A stretch of DNA of 46,995 bases, taken from a virus (Duplodnaviria > Caudoviricetes). Under the pieces are notes generated by a model. That model searched no databases, was not told where the DNA came from, and saw only the letters and a list, made by a program, of their open reading frames with translations. Below, piece by piece: positions 44,196 to 46,995 of this stretch (the stretch's first letter is position 1; each line of letters starts with the position of its first letter). The stretch covers positions 1 to 46,995 of IMG/VR virus record IMGVR_UViG_3300027851_000046, one strand, 5' to 3'. Both the position numbers and the translations under genes were made by a program.

Positions 44196-44604
44196 CTGGG
44201 TTTATCTCATACGAAAAGGAGTTGCGGAGGAGGCGGTCGGGGCCGCGTAGGGGAGCATCCCAACCCTTCTGGCGTATGGTGCTCGGCGCGTTCGGCGGCT
44301 CTTCCCAGGTCATGACGGACATCTTCAATTCATCGGCCATGTGCTCACACACCAGCCGCATCGCCGTTTCGGGTTCATGCTGTTTCAGAAGCGCCGCCAT
44401 CATGGCCGGCAGCTTGTCGCGGTTGTCAGCCACTGCTTTACGGAAGAACGGGCGCGGCGGGATCGTTTCGGTGCCGTATTCGTTCATATAGCCGACTTCT
44501 GCAACGCCTGCGCCATCCGGATACGTCTTATCCTCAAGAATCCCGACACGCGCCTTAACCGCACGCTGGGCGGCGATCTTTTGCAGCTTGTCGGCCAGGC
44601 TCAT
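44188..44604 (-). CDS. Neck/tail completion protein
   Basis: NEYGT..IPPRPFFR...PPNAPSTIRQKG...PL. Confidence 0.72.
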   Translation of the reverse strand: MSLADKLQKIAAQRAVKARVGILEDKTYPDGAGVAEVGYMNEYGTETIPPRPFFRKAVADNRDKLPAMMAALLKQHEPETAMRLVCEHMADELKMSVMTWEEPPNAPSTIRQKGWDAPLRGPDRLLRNSFSYEINPDD

Positions 44605-45023
44605 TGCACATACGTCCTACGCACCGGCATGGGCGACTTGCCGAGGCGGTACAGGAAGGAGCGGTATTTCTTACTGATTTGCCAGTACGTCGCGCCGTAG
44701 GGCGTCTGCAAGTACCAGCGTTCGTTATTCCCGAGAGTACCGTAATCCAGCGAGATCGACACGGAGCCTTCAGTGGCGCTAGCCACCCGGCCCACGACAG
44801 CGTTGCCGCTTTCAGTCTGCTGATTCAGCGTCGCCAGGTGCGCCACCAACAAATAAAGCATGGTCTTGCGCGCCTCCACGTCCTTCACGATGCTGCAATC
44901 CGTGTTGTCGAGGAAGCCCTCGGCAATGCTGAAGAACATCCGAAGCTGTGCGTCAGTCGCCACGATGGTCGGGTACAGTGCGCGGAACTCTGCAATATCA
45001 AAAACTACAACGGCCATGGTCAT
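44601..45023 (-). CDS. Head-tail adaptor (DUF4054-like)
   Basis: FRALYP, LLVAHLA, GRVASATEGSVS, QTPYGATYW. Confidence 0.82.
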   Translation of the reverse strand: MTMAVVVFDIAEFRALYPTIVATDAQLRMFFSIAEGFLDNTDCSIVKDVEARKTMLYLLVAHLATLNQQTESGNAVVGRVASATEGSVSISLDYGTLGNNERWYLQTPYGATYWQISKKYRSFLYRLGKSPMPVRRTYVQ

Positions 45024-45056
45024 TCTGCCCTAGTGGGTGGTGCGTTTCAGCATAAC

Positions 45057-45081
45057 AAAAAAGCCGCACAAAGGCGGCTTT
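45057..45081 (-). terminator. Intrinsic terminator after acb2
   Basis: AAGCCGC-CTTTGT-GCGGCTT followed by TTTT. Confidence 0.8.
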
Positions 45082-45103
45082 CATGCATGTGGCGCTGGGT
45101 TAC

Positions 45104-45424
45104 TTAGCACTCAGATGGCTGGGCTACGGCACGCACCAGCGCCATGATGCCAGTCTGGATGTCGGTCTTTCCGATGGCCGACCAGCGGAAAGGCTCAGCG
45201 GCGTGGAAGCGGTTGAACTCGGCCTTGGCTTCGGCCTCGACTTCACTGGTCGAAGCTTGATCCATGGCGTTGATCTTGGCGACCTCTTGCAGCTTGAGCA
45301 GGTCGGCCAGTTCGGCTTGCAGCTCCAACAGCTCAGCACCCTTGGCCTTGATGCGGTTCATCAGGTCAATTTCTTCCTGACTCAGCTCACGATAACCCTT
45401 GATCTTGCGATGTTGGTTTTCCAT
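45104..45424 (-). CDS. acb2: Acb2 cyclic-nucleotide sponge (anti-CBASS), allele B
   Basis: M.NQH.KIKGYR.LSQEEID.MNR.K...AEP.RW.AIGKTDIQTG.MA..RA.AQP matches Pseudomonas phage Acb2 as I recall it; Y11 and K26 in register. Confidence 0.9.
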   Translation of the reverse strand: MENQHRKIKGYRELSQEEIDLMNRIKAKGAELLELQAELADLLKLQEVAKINAMDQASTSEVEAEAKAEFNRFHAAEPFRWSAIGKTDIQTGIMALVRAVAQPSEC

Positions 45425-45768
45425 TATTTTTCCACCTTACCCAGACCGCCCTCTTTGGCGTCGCCGGTCAGTTGCGGCAGTTGCTCGGTGCCGGACTTGT
45501 TGCCTTTCTTCTCGTTCGCCTCGGCCTTAACCGAGCGCTCCTGAGCATGGGCAAACACAAAGCCGCCCTTGACCAGCTTGGAGTCCTTGAACTTCTCGCG
45601 CCAGGCGTCCCACAGGTCTTTTGGCACGTCGTGGGTGATGCCGTGGCCAGTGCCTTGGATCAGATTCTGGTTCCAGCCGTTGATTCGGTACTCGACTTCC
45701 TTTCCGCCCACCTGTGCGGACATAAGAACGCCGTTCGGGAGTTTGCAGCCGATTGTCACAGTGCTCAT
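45424..45768 (-). CDS. Conserved head-region protein, allele B
   Basis: 114 aa, near-identical to 238-582. Confidence 0.75.
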   Translation of the reverse strand: MSTVTIGCKLPNGVLMSAQVGGKEVEYRINGWNQNLIQGTGHGITHDVPKDLWDAWREKFKDSKLVKGGFVFAHAQERSVKAEANEKKGNKSGTEQLPQLTGDAKEGGLGKVEK

Positions 45769-45783
45769 AAATTCTCCAGTAGT

Positions 45784-45805
45784 AAAGGCGGGGCCGAAGC
45801 CCCGC
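45784..45805 (-). terminator. Terminator-like hairpin after the major capsid gene, copy B
   Basis: Same TTCG hairpin as 598-620. Confidence 0.65.
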
Positions 45806-45812
45806 TAATAGT

Positions 45813-46817
45813 TTAGGTCAGGATCAGGCTGGCGACCATCAGCGGGCGATAGATAATCGCGCCGACGGTGCCCTGGCTGCGCTTCTGCTGCCAGCTCGAC
45901 AGACCCAGAACCATCGGATGCACGCGCATCTTTTCGGTGAAGGTCGGCTCGATGGTGCGGACGCCTTCGTACTCCTCGACAATGAGGTACACCAGCTCAC
46001 CGGCTGCGGTGGACATTTCCGGCGCAGTCTCAATGCGCATGTTCGGGAAGTTCTTCTTGAGCTGATCAACCACGTTCACGTTGTACTGGTTGGTCTTCAG
46101 CAGGTTCACTTCGTTAGCCGGGGACAGCAGAAGAACCATGCGTGCGTCACGGTCAACCAAGCCCTTGGTCTGGCCGATAAGGCGACCGTACAGCGCGCCC
46201 TGAACCGAAGCAAACACCTGATCAGCGGTCAGCAGATCCCAGTCAGCACCAGGCTGCGAAGCCGACAGCGACGGGTCGTTCAGCAGGCCATAGTTGGCCA
46301 GACCGGAAACGCCGTTGAAGTAGCTCTTGTTCTGAAACTTGTTCAGCACCAGAGCGGCAGCGATCTGCTTGCGGGCTACCCAATCCAGTTTGGCGGCACC
46401 GGCACGCTCTACCTCACGCTCGCCGACTTCGACGATGGTCTGGTAGTGGTAAGGCTGGCGGTTTTCCCAGTTGACGTTCGCACCGGACATACCGTTGGTG
46501 CCGAAGTCGTCATAGCTGGAAACTTCACCAGTCGATTCTGCAATCGGGAATTGCAAGTTATCGTCAACCCAGGTGCCCTTCTTGGTCTCGCCGAAAATCT
46601 GCGCGGCCTTCATCGGCTCTACAGCGATCTCGATGACGCGCGGGTCAACGTAGGTGGTGAACATGGCCAGGATGCCGGCGTTCGGTGCGGTGATCAGGTC
46701 GGCGTCGTTGGCAACGGTGGCGCGAGCCATGTTATCCAGCTCTCGCGGCTGAAAACCAGTTTGATACACGATACCCGCGTCATTGGCGAGCGCGTGAAAG
46801 TTCAGTTTCTCAGACAT
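45813..46817 (-). CDS. Major capsid protein, allele B
   Basis: 334 aa; 20 residue differences from allele A by manual comparison. Confidence 0.88.
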   Translation of the reverse strand: MSEKLNFHALANDAGIVYQTGFQPRELDNMARATVANDADLITAPNAGILAMFTTYVDPRVIEIAVEPMKAAQIFGETKKGTWVDDNLQFPIAESTGEVSSYDDFGTNGMSGANVNWENRQPYHYQTIVEVGEREVERAGAAKLDWVARKQIAAALVLNKFQNKSYFNGVSGLANYGLLNDPSLSASQPGADWDLLTADQVFASVQGALYGRLIGQTKGLVDRDARMVLLLSPANEVNLLKTNQYNVNVVDQLKKNFPNMRIETAPEMSTAAGELVYLIVEEYEGVRTIEPTFTEKMRVHPMVLGLSSWQQKRSQGTVGAIIYRPLMVASLILT

Positions 46818-46828
46818 TTGCGCGCTCC

Positions 46829-46995
46829 TTAGATAGACGCTTTGGTGATTTTGACCAGCTCGCCGGCGGTCTTAGCCTCGGCAGCGATGAAGCCGGTAGC
46901 AATATTAGGAACTGGTGTGACAGCGCCATTATCGGCAGCAAGAGTAGGCGCGCCCGTTACAGGGTCCGCATACACGGCAGCGCCAACAGTGGAGT
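46829..46995 (-). CDS. Head decoration protein, 3' part, allele B (truncated by the window edge)
   Basis: Copy of 1643-1809 with GFIAAE in place of GFKAAE. Confidence 0.75.
   Translation of the reverse strand, partial: STVGAAVYADPVTGAPTLAADNGAVTPVPNIATGFIAAEAKTAGELVKITKASI

Larger units (their letters stand above)
45187..46995. repeat. Terminal direct repeat, copy B
   Basis: Diverged copy of 1-1809. Confidence 0.97.

Overview
Apparently complete tailed-phage genome with a contractile (myovirus-type) tail and a unit length of 45,186 bp. The last 1,809 bp (45187-46995) repeat the first 1,809 bp but are a diverged allele, not an identical copy. The minus strand carries the late head, tail, baseplate and lysis genes and a lambdoid-style replication/nin arm (HTH, SNF2 helicase, two DNA methyltransferases, DUF1376 initiator, DnaB, dUTPase, NinB/NinG, two tRNAs, two HNH endonucleases, terminase). 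The plus strand (21.3-30.4 kb) carries an early arm with ERF/YqaJ recombination genes and many small ORFs. I see no integrase, CI-type repressor or partition genes. A Pseudomonas-group host is inferred from aca1 and acb2. Highlights: (1) an aca1 operon with its operator whose single upstream gene is an acidic 85-aa ORF I cannot match to a known anti-CRISPR; (2) a C5 methyltransferase split over two almost fully overlapping reading frames; (3) acb2 inside the capsid operon; (4) two major capsid alleles at the ends; (5) a second acidic-ORF/HTH cassette; (6) several C4-like leader RNAs and a tRNA-like element. Family assignments come from motif recognition and gene order; no database search was run.
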